Shown: in pieces, positions 1-8,417 of the stretch
How positions within the stretch are numbered: the stretch's first letter is position 1
How the letters are laid out: every line of letters starts with the position of its first letter
IMG/VR virus record: IMGVR_UViG_3300020397_000843
Span: 1 to 26,940 of that record
Length of the DNA stretch: 26,940 bases
Origin: a virus
Lineage: Duplodnaviria; Caudoviricetes
Strand: one strand, 5' to 3'
Notes under the pieces: model-generated
The model's input: only the letters and a program-made list of their open reading frames with translations
Told to the model about the DNA's origin: nothing
The model's database searches: none
Position numbers and translations under genes: made by a program

Positions 1-1
1 C

Positions 2-1384
2 TCTAAATGCACTTTTCCATGTGTTAAAAGGATCTGTGTTAAATGCAGTAATATTACTAATTCTTTCCATTTTCTTAAACTTAGTGCTGATACTTGTTGT
101 CATATCTACACGATTTACATCTAATTGTCTTGTTAATTCTGTAGGCAGTAACTTGACTCCGCCATACCCATATTCTAAATCGTTTATTGGGTTGATACTT
201 CGCCAAACATGTACAGCATCTTTTTCAGATAATGGTACTTCATAATCAAATCTAAAACTATCAAGAACTTCAGCATCACCGTCTATTATCCACATCATAT
301 CTGTTTCACAAATTTCAGCGGCCGCTTTGTGTGCATTAGGAATGCCTTTTACACCATGAATACGTTTTAAGTTAGGATACTTGTCTTTTAACCTAGCATA
401 ATTTTCATTTGCATTAGGTTCATTGTACGTAATCATAAACATATCATAATTTTTTTCTTTTATTTTTGTATTTGCAATAAATGGATGTCTAATACGTGGC
501 GGATTTTGATAGACTTTTTTAAAAAATTTACTTTGTTCTTCGTCAAATGGTGTTTTTGCAATAGGCATTTCTAGGTGTTTAATAATTTCATTTCCATAAA
601 ACCAAATTAGTTCATCACGTTCTTTATCATTTGTAATTGCTTTTATCTGTTTTTCATATAGGCTGTTTAAATATTCAAAATCCCGAACGTTTACATAATT
701 CCAATCTGTAAGCATTGTCATATATGCACCTTGTCTTGCTCCAAGCACAGCCCAAAGTCCGTTTTTAACATCTGCTCCTATCATAGTCCATACATATTGT
801 CTGTGTCTATTTTTCCAATGCACACCTTTAAAATCTTCTAGAGATGGTTTAACTCCTTCAACTAAACACATTTTTACACCTTCTCTAAATCCTGCTCTCC
901 AGGCTTGATGGGGAGTAAAATTATTTTCTACAGTACTCATACATTCACTCATCTGAATATATTCTAAATCCCAACAGAAATCTAACTGGGCACCTATGTT
1001 ATCTGGATCCGCATTTTCATGTGTTTTCATTTCTAATACAGTTTGTCTATCCCAACATTTAATACCGCCATTTCCATACATTAATCCGTTTATTACATTG
1101 TAACCTGTCCAACTTATCACATTTCTTTTTAGGTCAACTCCTGGAACAAAGTTAACAGTTTGATTAATAAATTCTGGTTGAACAATATTATCACCGTCGA
1201 CTGTAATAAATCTTTCAGTTTCACAAATTTTAGCACAGGCTTTGTGTGAGGCATCACTGCCTTCAACTCCGTGGATACGTTTTGCCCAAGGAACTTTTGT
1301 CAATATATCTGCATAATTTTTTTCAGCGTTAGGTTCATCATAACTTAGATAAACTACATCGCAATCTGCAACATTTAATTTCAT
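2..1384 (-). CDS. Tandem two-domain GT-A-fold (GT2-like) glycosyltransferase, 3'-truncated by the window edge (at least 461 aa)
   Basis: Not in the ORF track. Manual translation from ATG at 1384 (ATGA overlap with the upstream stop) is open to the edge: MKLNVADCDVVYLSYDEPNAEKNY...KRIHGVEGSDASHKACAKICETERFITVDGDNIV...YGNGGIKCW...AWRAGFRE, then a second copy from about 448: YDMFMITYNEPNANENY...KRIHGVKGIPNAHKAAAEICETDMMWIIDGDAEV...YGYGGVKLL...TWKSAFR. Each copy has the GT-A layout of an N-terminal strand ending in YxE and a hydrophobic strand ending in DxD (DGD). Confidence 0.8.
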   Translation of the reverse strand, partial: MKLNVADCDVVYLSYDEPNAEKNYADILTKVPWAKRIHGVEGSDASHKACAKICETERFITVDGDNIVQPEFINQTVNFVPGVDLKRNVISWTGYNVINGLMYGNGGIKCWDRQTVLEMKTHENADPDNIGAQLDFCWDLEYIQMSECMSTVENNFTPHQAWRAGFREGVKMCLVEGVKPSLEDFKGVHWKNRHRQYVWTMIGADVKNGLWAVLGARQGAYMTMLTDWNYVNVRDFEYLNSLYEKQIKAITNDKERDELIWFYGNEIIKHLEMPIAKTPFDEEQSKFFKKVYQNPPRIRHPFIANTKIKEKNYDMFMITYNEPNANENYARLKDKYPNLKRIHGVKGIPNAHKAAAEICETDMMWIIDGDAEVLDSFRFDYEVPLSEKDAVHVWRSINPINDLEYGYGGVKLLPTELTRQLDVNRVDMTTSISTKFKKMERISNITAFNTDPFNTWKSAFR

Positions 1385-1929
1385 TTCATTACCACATGTA
1401 TAAATTCTAAATCTGAACTAGACATGAATATGTCCACTTGCTCAGAAGTTTTAATATTTAAACTAGGAACACTGTTATCAATAAACTTTTCGACTGAGAT
1501 TTGACATGTTTCTAAAAGTTTCCTTGCATCATTTTTTTCTGTTAAGTATAAAATTCTATCTCTAGCAAAAAGATTTGGATTTGTGATTAAATATTTCATA
1601 TAGTCATCTGTAAATTTTCCATATGCATACCATCTTTCGTTATCTTGTACAATCTGAAATATGTTCATAGAGTCTTGTAACTTAAAAAACTTTTTTAAAG
1701 GTATTACATTTTCATTTGCAACTTCTTCGACAAATTCCTTGCCCTTTTTTATAATTTGATACTTTTTATTTTCATTGATAACAATATAATTGTTTATATC
1801 TTCTTCTACATTTACAAATTTAGAATATAATTCTCTTGATATTTCAACATGAGTACTAGTTGGATCAGGATTGTTAGAAATACCTGTAACTTTTCCTGTT
1901 TTCATATCAAAAATTGCACAAAAAATCAT
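1381..1929 (-). CDS. Hypothetical protein (182 aa) inside the glycosyltransferase operon
   Basis: ORF track; ATGA overlaps at both ends (1926-1929 and 1381-1384) support a real, coupled gene. No catalytic motif recognised. Confidence 0.8.
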   Translation of the reverse strand: MIFCAIFDMKTGKVTGISNNPDPTSTHVEISRELYSKFVNVEEDINNYIVINENKKYQIIKKGKEFVEEVANENVIPLKKFFKLQDSMNIFQIVQDNERWYAYGKFTDDYMKYLITNPNLFARDRILYLTEKNDARKLLETCQISVEKFIDNSVPSLNIKTSEQVDIFMSSSDLEFIHVVMK

Positions 1930-2747
1930 GTTTCTAATGCCTCTATAATTTTTTCGTCTAAAAATTCATCTTCAGTATAATGAAAAACATTATTCTGCAA
2001 ATAATTTCCTATGTAAAGTTGTTTGCTTTTGTTAATTTGCCAATTTAAAACATTTGTCCATTTTAACGGCACATTTGCCCATCCCTGAATATGGGGTTTC
2101 ATATGGACAAAGGTAATAAAATTATTTTTATCAGTAATTTCTTTTTCTATACCTAATATTTTACAACAAATAGAACAGCTAACATCCATACTGTACCATT
2201 TTTGTTTGTATACCGGTGCATATTCACTGTAAAATTTTTCCCAATTATGAGTTACTACTTCTAACAAATTAAAAAATGTTTTTGAAAATTTATTTTTTTT
2301 AAAATAAAAAATACCACAGTAAATATTTGGTAGATTATTTGCTTGAAATGTTTTTCTGTAATAATTGTTTTTTATTTTTTCATTTCTATAGGTGGTTACA
2401 TCGGATACAAAAAACAAATTATAATTTTTTAGATATTTCCACCAATTAGAAATATCTCCAGTCATAATCATATCTACATCCATAACAATAGTTTGATTAT
2501 ATGGAGTTAAATCATAAAGTTTGTATCTATTTTCTAATTTCCAATCGCTATCTTTTGCTTCATCATTCTCAATTGGTATTATTTTATCAAACAAAACTTG
2601 ATACTTCTTTGGTATTTTATCATTTGTAATAATAGATACCGATTGGTTTTTTGAATATTTGTGTATGCTTACTGCTAATAGACATGCTTGTTTTACATAA
2701 TCTGTCGTATCGTTATTTTGGGCTATTAAACAGAATCCTTTACTCAT
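1926..2747 (-). CDS. GT-A-fold glycosyltransferase, GT8-like (273 aa)
   Basis: NDTTDYVKQACLLAVSI N-terminal helix, KLYDLTPYNQTIVMDVDM with DxD, IYCGIFYF strand, SMD acidic site and C-terminal FVHMKP match the motif order of GT8/glycogenin-like nucleotide-sugar transferases. Confidence 0.75.
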   Translation of the reverse strand: MSKGFCLIAQNNDTTDYVKQACLLAVSIHKYSKNQSVSIITNDKIPKKYQVLFDKIIPIENDEAKDSDWKLENRYKLYDLTPYNQTIVMDVDMIMTGDISNWWKYLKNYNLFFVSDVTTYRNEKIKNNYYRKTFQANNLPNIYCGIFYFKKNKFSKTFFNLLEVVTHNWEKFYSEYAPVYKQKWYSMDVSCSICCKILGIEKEITDKNNFITFVHMKPHIQGWANVPLKWTNVLNWQINKSKQLYIGNYLQNNVFHYTEDEFLDEKIIEALET

Positions 2748-3556
2748 TGCATTACCTTGTCAATGTGTTCATTTAGATCAAATTTGTTCATCATATGGAT
2801 ATTTTGATTGTTAATACCACATGCTGTTTGATTTTCAAGAAAGAATTGAAAAGAATTTTCATTTCCCTTGTATAACTTATCTCTATCAGTGGTATAATAA
2901 TGTGTGCCCGGTAAATCTACTTGTGGATTAGACATTATATGCAATGCTATAGAAAATGCAAAGTCATTTCTGTAGTTATTACCTATAATTTGATACTGTA
3001 ATCTATAAAAATTCCAATTTTCCTGTATATGTTTAATCAAGTCAAACAGTATTTTACTGCTTTTATTTGCTTTGGAAAAGTAAAACACTGTAGCCCAAAG
3101 CATTGGGATTGAATAATCACTCACTCGTAATAGAGTCTTATCGTCCCTTTCGCTACATAAATCAATAAAATCTTTTGTAATTTTAATTTTATTATCATTA
3201 AAGCAATTTAGTAGACTATCATTACTTACAATGTAATCAGTATCCATTACTAAAGTTTTTTCATAAGGTGTAAGATCATAAGCATTAGGTCTGCTGTGGT
3301 TATTCCAAGTTAATTTTTTGTATTGTGGTCCATTATAGAACTTTTTAGTCTGCTCTGTCGATGTTTTATCATCAATTATACTATCGAAAACATCTACATG
3401 TTTTTTGTATTGCCTTTGTAGATAACTTTTTGAATCGGTAACAAGTGATACCGGTAAGTTTAAAAACTTTTTTACGTTTTTAGCACAAAAAATAGCGTGT
3501 TTAGCATAGTCAATATGAGAATTATTGTATGCAAAAAGTAGTATTCCGGAAGTCAT
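2744..3556 (-). CDS. GT-A-fold glycosyltransferase, GT8-like, paralog of the adjacent gene (270 aa)
   Basis: NNSHIDYAKHAIFCAKNV, NAYDLTPYEKTLVMDTDY with DxD, LWATVFYFSK, YRNDFAFSIA and IHMMNK align by eye with the same motifs in 1926..2747. Confidence 0.75.
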   Translation of the reverse strand: MTSGILLFAYNNSHIDYAKHAIFCAKNVKKFLNLPVSLVTDSKSYLQRQYKKHVDVFDSIIDDKTSTEQTKKFYNGPQYKKLTWNNHSRPNAYDLTPYEKTLVMDTDYIVSNDSLLNCFNDNKIKITKDFIDLCSERDDKTLLRVSDYSIPMLWATVFYFSKANKSSKILFDLIKHIQENWNFYRLQYQIIGNNYRNDFAFSIALHIMSNPQVDLPGTHYYTTDRDKLYKGNENSFQFFLENQTACGINNQNIHMMNKFDLNEHIDKVMQ

Positions 3557-3888
3557 TATGCAATCAAATCCTCAACTTTCCTTTTAGATTTGATTTTTGA
3601 ATATTCTTCGTAATACTCTGTTGTTGCTTTTTGGTGTTTAATCCTAATGTCTAATAAAAATTTTCGTGTATCTACTTTCACTGGTAAATTATTATCATCT
3701 ATTAGAACATAACTGTCATACTTTACCGCTTCTAGGAAAGAAATTAAGTCGGTAGTAATTGTAAATTTGCCGCCATTAAAGTAATACACTAAGTTTTGTT
3801 GATAGTTTTCCCATAACAATCTTTTTTGATTGTTTAGGGTAGTCATGTAATTACTAAATTCTAGTGCTTTATCTAATCTTGAATCCAT
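3556..3888 (-). CDS. Hypothetical protein (110 aa), first gene of the glycosyltransferase operon
   Basis: ORF track; GGAGA Shine-Dalgarno at 3895-3899; TAATG stop/start overlap with the next gene at 3554-3558. Confidence 0.85.
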   Translation of the reverse strand: MDSRLDKALEFSNYMTTLNNQKRLLWENYQQNLVYYFNGGKFTITTDLISFLEAVKYDSYVLIDDNNLPVKVDTRKFLLDIRIKHQKATTEYYEEYSKIKSKRKVEDLIA

Positions 3889-3894
3889 AATATA

Positions 3895-3899
3895 TCTCC
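3895..3899 (-). promoter_or_regulatory. Shine-Dalgarno site for the 110-aa gene
   Basis: Minus strand reads TTGGAGATATATTATG; GGAGA lies 6 nt before the ATG. Confidence 0.75.
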
Positions 3900-3910
3900 A
3901 ATATGACTAT

Positions 3911-3939
3911 AGTATATACTAAAACAGCCTATTTGTCAA
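3911..3939 (-). promoter_or_regulatory. Sigma70-type promoter driving the glycosyltransferase operon
   Basis: Minus strand: TTGACA (3939-3934), 17-nt spacer AATAGGCTGTTTTAGTA, TATACT (3916-3911). Perfect -35, 5/6 match to -10, optimal spacing, inside a 63-nt intergenic gap. Confidence 0.85.
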
Positions 3940-3951
3940 GTTATATATGGA

Positions 3952-4899
3952 TTAAACTAGTTCTGATGTGTTTGAATATGATGGGGTTGTAACTTCAACA
4001 TTAGATCCTGTTGCTCTTAATTGTTGAATTGTGCTTGTAATTGTACCAGTGACGTCTTCATCTTCTGCAGGTCCCGGCTCGACGCCGGCTTGCTGATCGC
4101 CTGCGTCATTATCTTCAAATCTTACTGTAAATTGTAAAACTTTATCTTGACTATCTACTGTAGAAAATCTAGCTTGAATCTCGTATTCATTTTCTGCATA
4201 ATTACCAGATCCAGCTTTAGTAAAAATAGTTTGATATGTTGCTGTTAAATCTGAATTTCCTATTGTGGTAGTTGTACCTGTACCTGTGCAAGTAGTATCT
4301 GTTCTACCAAATTTAATTGTACCCATGTTTGACAACATATTAGTCCAATCTGTGTTTTTTGAATAAGTTGATCCTCCTGTTCTACTAGCAGAGAATCTTA
4401 TTTCTCCACCTGCATTGAAAAAGAATCTACGTTGATTTTCGTCTGCAAAAGTAACATCAAAATTATGTGTTATTATTCCGTTCCATGCAGTTGTTCTACT
4501 ACTACTTTCTGCCGATTCTACGCTGGAATTTCCACTGTCTAACAACAGTTTATTTGTTTCAATCAAAGCTACTGCTGTTTCATAATCATTAAATCCGCCG
4601 TCTGTAGATGTAAGCGTAGCTGTATCGTCTCCAGTAGCATCAGCACCTATTATCTTTCCAGTTGCGATAGCATCTAGAGAACTAGCTGATCCGGACTGAT
4701 GATTATTTGCTTTGTCAATATCGGTCTTTAAATTTATCATATCAGTAGCTTGTACTATGTCAGTCACAGCTACTTGAGCACTAGCTAGTGTTTGTCCGTA
4801 ACCAGAGTCTCCTGACCCTGTTCCCATGATATTCGAAACTCTGCTTTGTAATGAGTTAAACTCTGCCGCTGTAATGTTATCGCCGGTTGCTACTGCCAT
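3952..4899 (-). CDS. Putative virion structural (tail/fibre-associated) protein (315 aa)
   Basis: Acidic, T/S/G/D-rich; two short N-terminal repeats (GDNITAAEFNSLQSRV; TDIVQATDMINLKTDI); beta-rich C-terminal domain (RFFFNAGGEIRFSAS); AGGA SD at 4907-4910; preceded by a TAAATA motif and follows the fibre genes. Confidence 0.65.
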   Translation of the reverse strand: MAVATGDNITAAEFNSLQSRVSNIMGTGSGDSGYGQTLASAQVAVTDIVQATDMINLKTDIDKANNHQSGSASSLDAIATGKIIGADATGDDTATLTSTDGGFNDYETAVALIETNKLLLDSGNSSVESAESSSRTTAWNGIITHNFDVTFADENQRRFFFNAGGEIRFSASRTGGSTYSKNTDWTNMLSNMGTIKFGRTDTTCTGTGTTTTIGNSDLTATYQTIFTKAGSGNYAENEYEIQARFSTVDSQDKVLQFTVRFEDNDAGDQQAGVEPGPAEDEDVTGTITSTIQQLRATGSNVEVTTPSYSNTSELV

Positions 4900-4924
4900 A
4901 TTCTTATCCTTTAAGTACTACTTT

Positions 4925-4931
4925 TATTTAG
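4925..4931 (-). promoter_or_regulatory. Putative T4-like late promoter (CTAAATA)
   Basis: In the 38-nt gap upstream of the 315-aa gene; shares the TAAATA core of the T4 gp55-dependent late promoter TATAAATA; same core recurs at two other gene starts. Confidence 0.55.
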
Positions 4932-4937
4932 CAATAA

Positions 4938-6446
4938 TTAGACAGCTATTTCAACCATTTTGAGTCCGGCATCATCACTGTCTTCTAAACTTTTACCTAC
5001 GACACATAATGAATTTGGCATAGCACTATCTTCTTTTAATCCTGTTGCTGTGCCAGGAGTAGTTCCTGTTACAAGTATATCACCTTTTTTAACTGGTCCT
5101 TCTACTTTACAAGGGACTCTTCCTTTAAGTGCAATAGCTACTCCGTCTATCTCACTGTTCATTAAATGTGCAGGCTCTGTGGACACTACTCCTGCAAGTC
5201 TAGTATCGCAAAATGTAGCTGATTCTGTTACTTCTGCTTCACCGCCAAATACCAATACAGTACCCGGCTCATAATCTTTGTCAGCTCTATATTTTTCAGC
5301 TAAGTCAGCATATTGAGCTGAAGTTGCAGTACCAAATAATTTTCCTGCAAAAATGTCTCCATTTCCGTCTCTAACAACAAGAGTGTTTGCTGCCTGGGCT
5401 ACACTACCGCTTCTATTATTTCCGCCTACGTCTAATGCTGTCGCTACAGTTGCAGTACCATTAAATGTATTTGCATATATTGTTGAAAACTTGTTAGATG
5501 CTCCGCCAATGTCAACTGTTTCATTTCCTGAATATGCTGTTAGATTATTATAGCCAGGCATAATTGCACCAGCTGTAAATCTTACAGGCATTTTCTGTGC
5601 TGAACTTGAATTATTTACTTGTATAAAAATTTCTTGGCCCTGCTCATTTGCAATTAGGCCTTTATCATCACTTACAATTTTGATTTTTAAATCATTAGAA
5701 TCACCTATTGATACACCACTGTCGGCAAATTCAACAAGACTAGAAAAATTAGCATTTGCAGTCTGCACATAGTTAGAAGCCGCAACGCCTCCTAATTTAT
5801 CCGCATTAGAAGCAGTACCATAAAATCTGTGGCTACTTGTAGTTGCTCCGCCACTTGCATTCTGTGTATTCTTTAGTGTAATACCTTGTCGTACAACATC
5901 AAAACCTGGATATGCAGAAGCATCTGTTGTGCCAATAGTAAACTGAACTGAACTAATTATATGTACTACTTCATCAGCAATTACTGATACAATTACAGCT
6001 CTATTAGTATCTGTATCATCTCTAATAACTCTACTTTGGAACTGTGTAACGGAATCCCCAACACCTTGTGGACCAACTAAGACAAATGTTGAACCATTGT
6101 AAGCGTATAACTGTTCATTGGTAGTATCCCACCAAAAATCTCCAGTGGACAAACCGGCTGGGGTTGTGCCGGATACTTCTGCTCCACCTGTAGTTCTCCA
6201 TTTAGTTCCGTCATAAAATTTTAATTTACTATTACCGCTGTCAAACCAAACTTGACCGCTAAGTGCTTTAGGTGGCTGATTTGCACCTGAAAAATTCTCT
6301 AATAAGAATATAAAATTCTCGTTTTGTATTTCACCATAGCCAGCGTAGTTTTTACCTACTAACTTTAAATCCGTAGTTTGATCAATAGTGCCATCTTCTA
6401 CTACTGCTAACTGGGTGGTATTATATCTATTAATTGTATACGCCAT
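4938..6446 (-). CDS. Tail fibre/spike-like protein with C-terminal intramolecular chaperone / autocleavage (peptidase G2-like) domain (502 aa)
   Basis: Shared fibre N-terminus (GKNYAGYGE..NENF..LLENF, GQVWFDS, KLKFYDG); GTAxxA shaft repeats; C-terminal YADLAEKY...EPGTVLVFGG...AGVVSTEPAHLMN...ALKGRVPCKV...KKGDILV resembles the chaperone domain of phi29/GA-1 gp12-type appendage proteins. Confidence 0.75.
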   Translation of the reverse strand: MAYTINRYNTTQLAVVEDGTIDQTTDLKLVGKNYAGYGEIQNENFIFLLENFSGANQPPKALSGQVWFDSGNSKLKFYDGTKWRTTGGAEVSGTTPAGLSTGDFWWDTTNEQLYAYNGSTFVLVGPQGVGDSVTQFQSRVIRDDTDTNRAVIVSVIADEVVHIISSVQFTIGTTDASAYPGFDVVRQGITLKNTQNASGGATTSSHRFYGTASNADKLGGVAASNYVQTANANFSSLVEFADSGVSIGDSNDLKIKIVSDDKGLIANEQGQEIFIQVNNSSSAQKMPVRFTAGAIMPGYNNLTAYSGNETVDIGGASNKFSTIYANTFNGTATVATALDVGGNNRSGSVAQAANTLVVRDGNGDIFAGKLFGTATSAQYADLAEKYRADKDYEPGTVLVFGGEAEVTESATFCDTRLAGVVSTEPAHLMNSEIDGVAIALKGRVPCKVEGPVKKGDILVTGTTPGTATGLKEDSAMPNSLCVVGKSLEDSDDAGLKMVEIAV

Positions 6447-6468
6447 TTTTTACCCCTGTTTATAAGTA

Positions 6469-6476
6469 TATTTATC
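6469..6476 (-). promoter_or_regulatory. Putative T4-like late promoter (GATAAATA)
   Basis: Minus strand TTGCGATAAATATACTTATAAACAGGGGTAAAAAATG in a 39-nt gap; 7/8 match to TATAAATA, followed by AGGGG SD. Confidence 0.65.
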
Positions 6477-6485
6477 GCAAACTAA

Positions 6486-8417
6486 TTAAATTGACGATCT
6501 ACTAATAAACGTCCAATTGCCTCCTTGTTGCTGATATGTATATAAAAATCTTGTTGCTGTCAAATTAGCAACACCACTTGCTGTATTACTAGCTTGTATA
6601 TCTTGTATAACACTTTCTGATCCTGAATCAGCCGCGTCACGTACAGATATAACTGATTTTTCCAAAACTCCACTTGAATCAGGTGACTGACTTACAGTAA
6701 TATTAATACCACTTACTACTGTATTACTATAAGACACAGTTACAATCTTTGCAAATGTGTTAACTTGCACTTGTCCTGATGGTTTAAGTGCTTGTAACAA
6801 CGCTCCAATGCTATTTGTAGGTCCGTTACTTGTGTTAATATCATTAGGATCTGTTAAACCTGTAATGTCTAATGATAACAGAATATCTTGCGATGTAAGT
6901 TGGGTATCAACATAATTTTTAGTTGCAGCGTCTTGTGCTGATCCTGGATCAGCAACACCAGTAATCTTTTGACTATCAATTGTAATATCGCCGCCTGCCG
7001 TGATAGACAAACCTGTTCCGTTAATTCTACTTATAGTGCTTGAATCTATGCTTATATTATCAACTGTTAATTCTGTAAGGGTACCAACTCTAGTTACTCC
7101 AGTTGCTAATGTGACTGTAGCTCCTAGTTCTGTTTTGCTTAAAACATCTGTGCCGTCAAATTTTAAGTTTGCAACTGGATTTTCTGGTGTACTTATTAAA
7201 TTTAAATCTTGGTTGCTTGTCCAAGACTTTGTTGCGTTACTCCATGTAAAATCTTTAGATCCTTGTGAACTTCTAAGTATTATTCCGCCTTCATCTATTG
7301 CGGCATCGTTACCTTCGGTGCTATCGTCTAGTAATCCTAATTCTATATTTTTATCTTCAACTCTTAAAGTTGAAGCATTTATAAATGTGCTATCACCTTT
7401 AACAAGTAAACTACCTTGTACAGTAACATCTCCATTTACATCTAGTGTAGCAGTCGGTTGTGCTTTAAAAATACCTACTCTTGATACATCCGCATCAATG
7501 TATACAGCATTTAAAAAGCTACTACCAGTCCTAACTCTTAATGCTAAATCAGCATTACTTTGTTGTGTTTCTAAAGTAGTAGTGCTTCCTGCAATTTTTA
7601 AAATACCAAATTCAGTATCACCAACACCCACACTTAAACCTGCACTGTTTTTAATTCTTAAACTTCCGGTTGTAACACCATTTGCATCTGTGGGTAAAAA
7701 GTTAGCCGCTGATTTAGTATTTCCTGTATCATCAAGTAAACCTTTAGCAGATGTTGCAACACCTCTCCACCAAAATCCTGAAGTGCTTGTTTCTTGATCT
7801 AAGTTTGCAATATTAAAACCTTTGTAAAGTCTTTGTCTTTTTGGTGTAAATGTATCATTAGGATCTGCACTGAAACCTGGTATACTAAATGCTGTTGGAA
7901 TAATAAATGATTCAGGTGAAAAGACACCAAACAATGTACCGCCTATAAATAATTTTAGAATTGTACGTTGAACATCAGTTGTATCTAATTGAGAAGCAGT
8001 TTCAAATCCTGTCTTTCCTTGCCCTGCATCATAAGTAGGCCCAACTAAAACTAAATCAGTTCCGTCAAACAAATAAAGTTTATTTGCTAGACTATCAATC
8101 CAAATATCACCTGCTGTCAAATTACTTGGTTGCGAACTACTTACAAAAGATCCTGATGATGATCTAAAAATTGTACCGTCATACACTTTAAGTTTTTGAT
8201 CTTGTTTATCATACCATAATTGTCCAACCATTGGATTTGTAGGTTGAGAAGTACTAGCAAAATTTTCTAAAAGTTTTACGAGATTTTCGTTAAAGTATTC
8301 TCCAAATCCTTTGTAATTTTTGCCAATAAGAGTTATATCAGTAGTAGTGGTATCTATAATACCATCTGTTAAGTCTACTAACAGTTCGCCATCAGTTCTA
8401 TTAATTCTATAACTCAT
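6486..8417 (-). CDS. Tail fibre-like protein (643 aa)
   Basis: Shared fibre N-terminus (GKNYKGFGE..NENL..LLENF, GQLWYD, KLKVYDG); beta-spiral-like LDVNGDVTVQGSLLVKG; VEDKNIELG..GGIIL module; ITGVADP..AQDAATKNYVD trimeric fibre/adhesin neck motif; GGAG SD within the upstream gene end. Confidence 0.75.
   Translation of the reverse strand: MSYRINRTDGELLVDLTDGIIDTTTTDITLIGKNYKGFGEYFNENLVKLLENFASTSQPTNPMVGQLWYDKQDQKLKVYDGTIFRSSSGSFVSSSQPSNLTAGDIWIDSLANKLYLFDGTDLVLVGPTYDAGQGKTGFETASQLDTTDVQRTILKLFIGGTLFGVFSPESFIIPTAFSIPGFSADPNDTFTPKRQRLYKGFNIANLDQETSTSGFWWRGVATSAKGLLDDTGNTKSAANFLPTDANGVTTGSLRIKNSAGLSVGVGDTEFGILKIAGSTTTLETQQSNADLALRVRTGSSFLNAVYIDADVSRVGIFKAQPTATLDVNGDVTVQGSLLVKGDSTFINASTLRVEDKNIELGLLDDSTEGNDAAIDEGGIILRSSQGSKDFTWSNATKSWTSNQDLNLISTPENPVANLKFDGTDVLSKTELGATVTLATGVTRVGTLTELTVDNISIDSSTISRINGTGLSITAGGDITIDSQKITGVADPGSAQDAATKNYVDTQLTSQDILLSLDITGLTDPNDINTSNGPTNSIGALLQALKPSGQVQVNTFAKIVTVSYSNTVVSGINITVSQSPDSSGVLEKSVISVRDAADSGSESVIQDIQASNTASGVANLTATRFLYTYQQQGGNWTFISRSSI

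Noticed and set aside
21-245. 74-aa plus-strand ORF with a hydrophobic N-terminus
   Set aside because: Antisense to the second domain of the tandem glycosyltransferase; no SD; shadow ORF.
3889-3951. Intrinsic terminator between the structural block and the GT operon
   Set aside because: No GC-rich hairpin followed by a U-tract is visible; the gap is filled by the promoter and SD.
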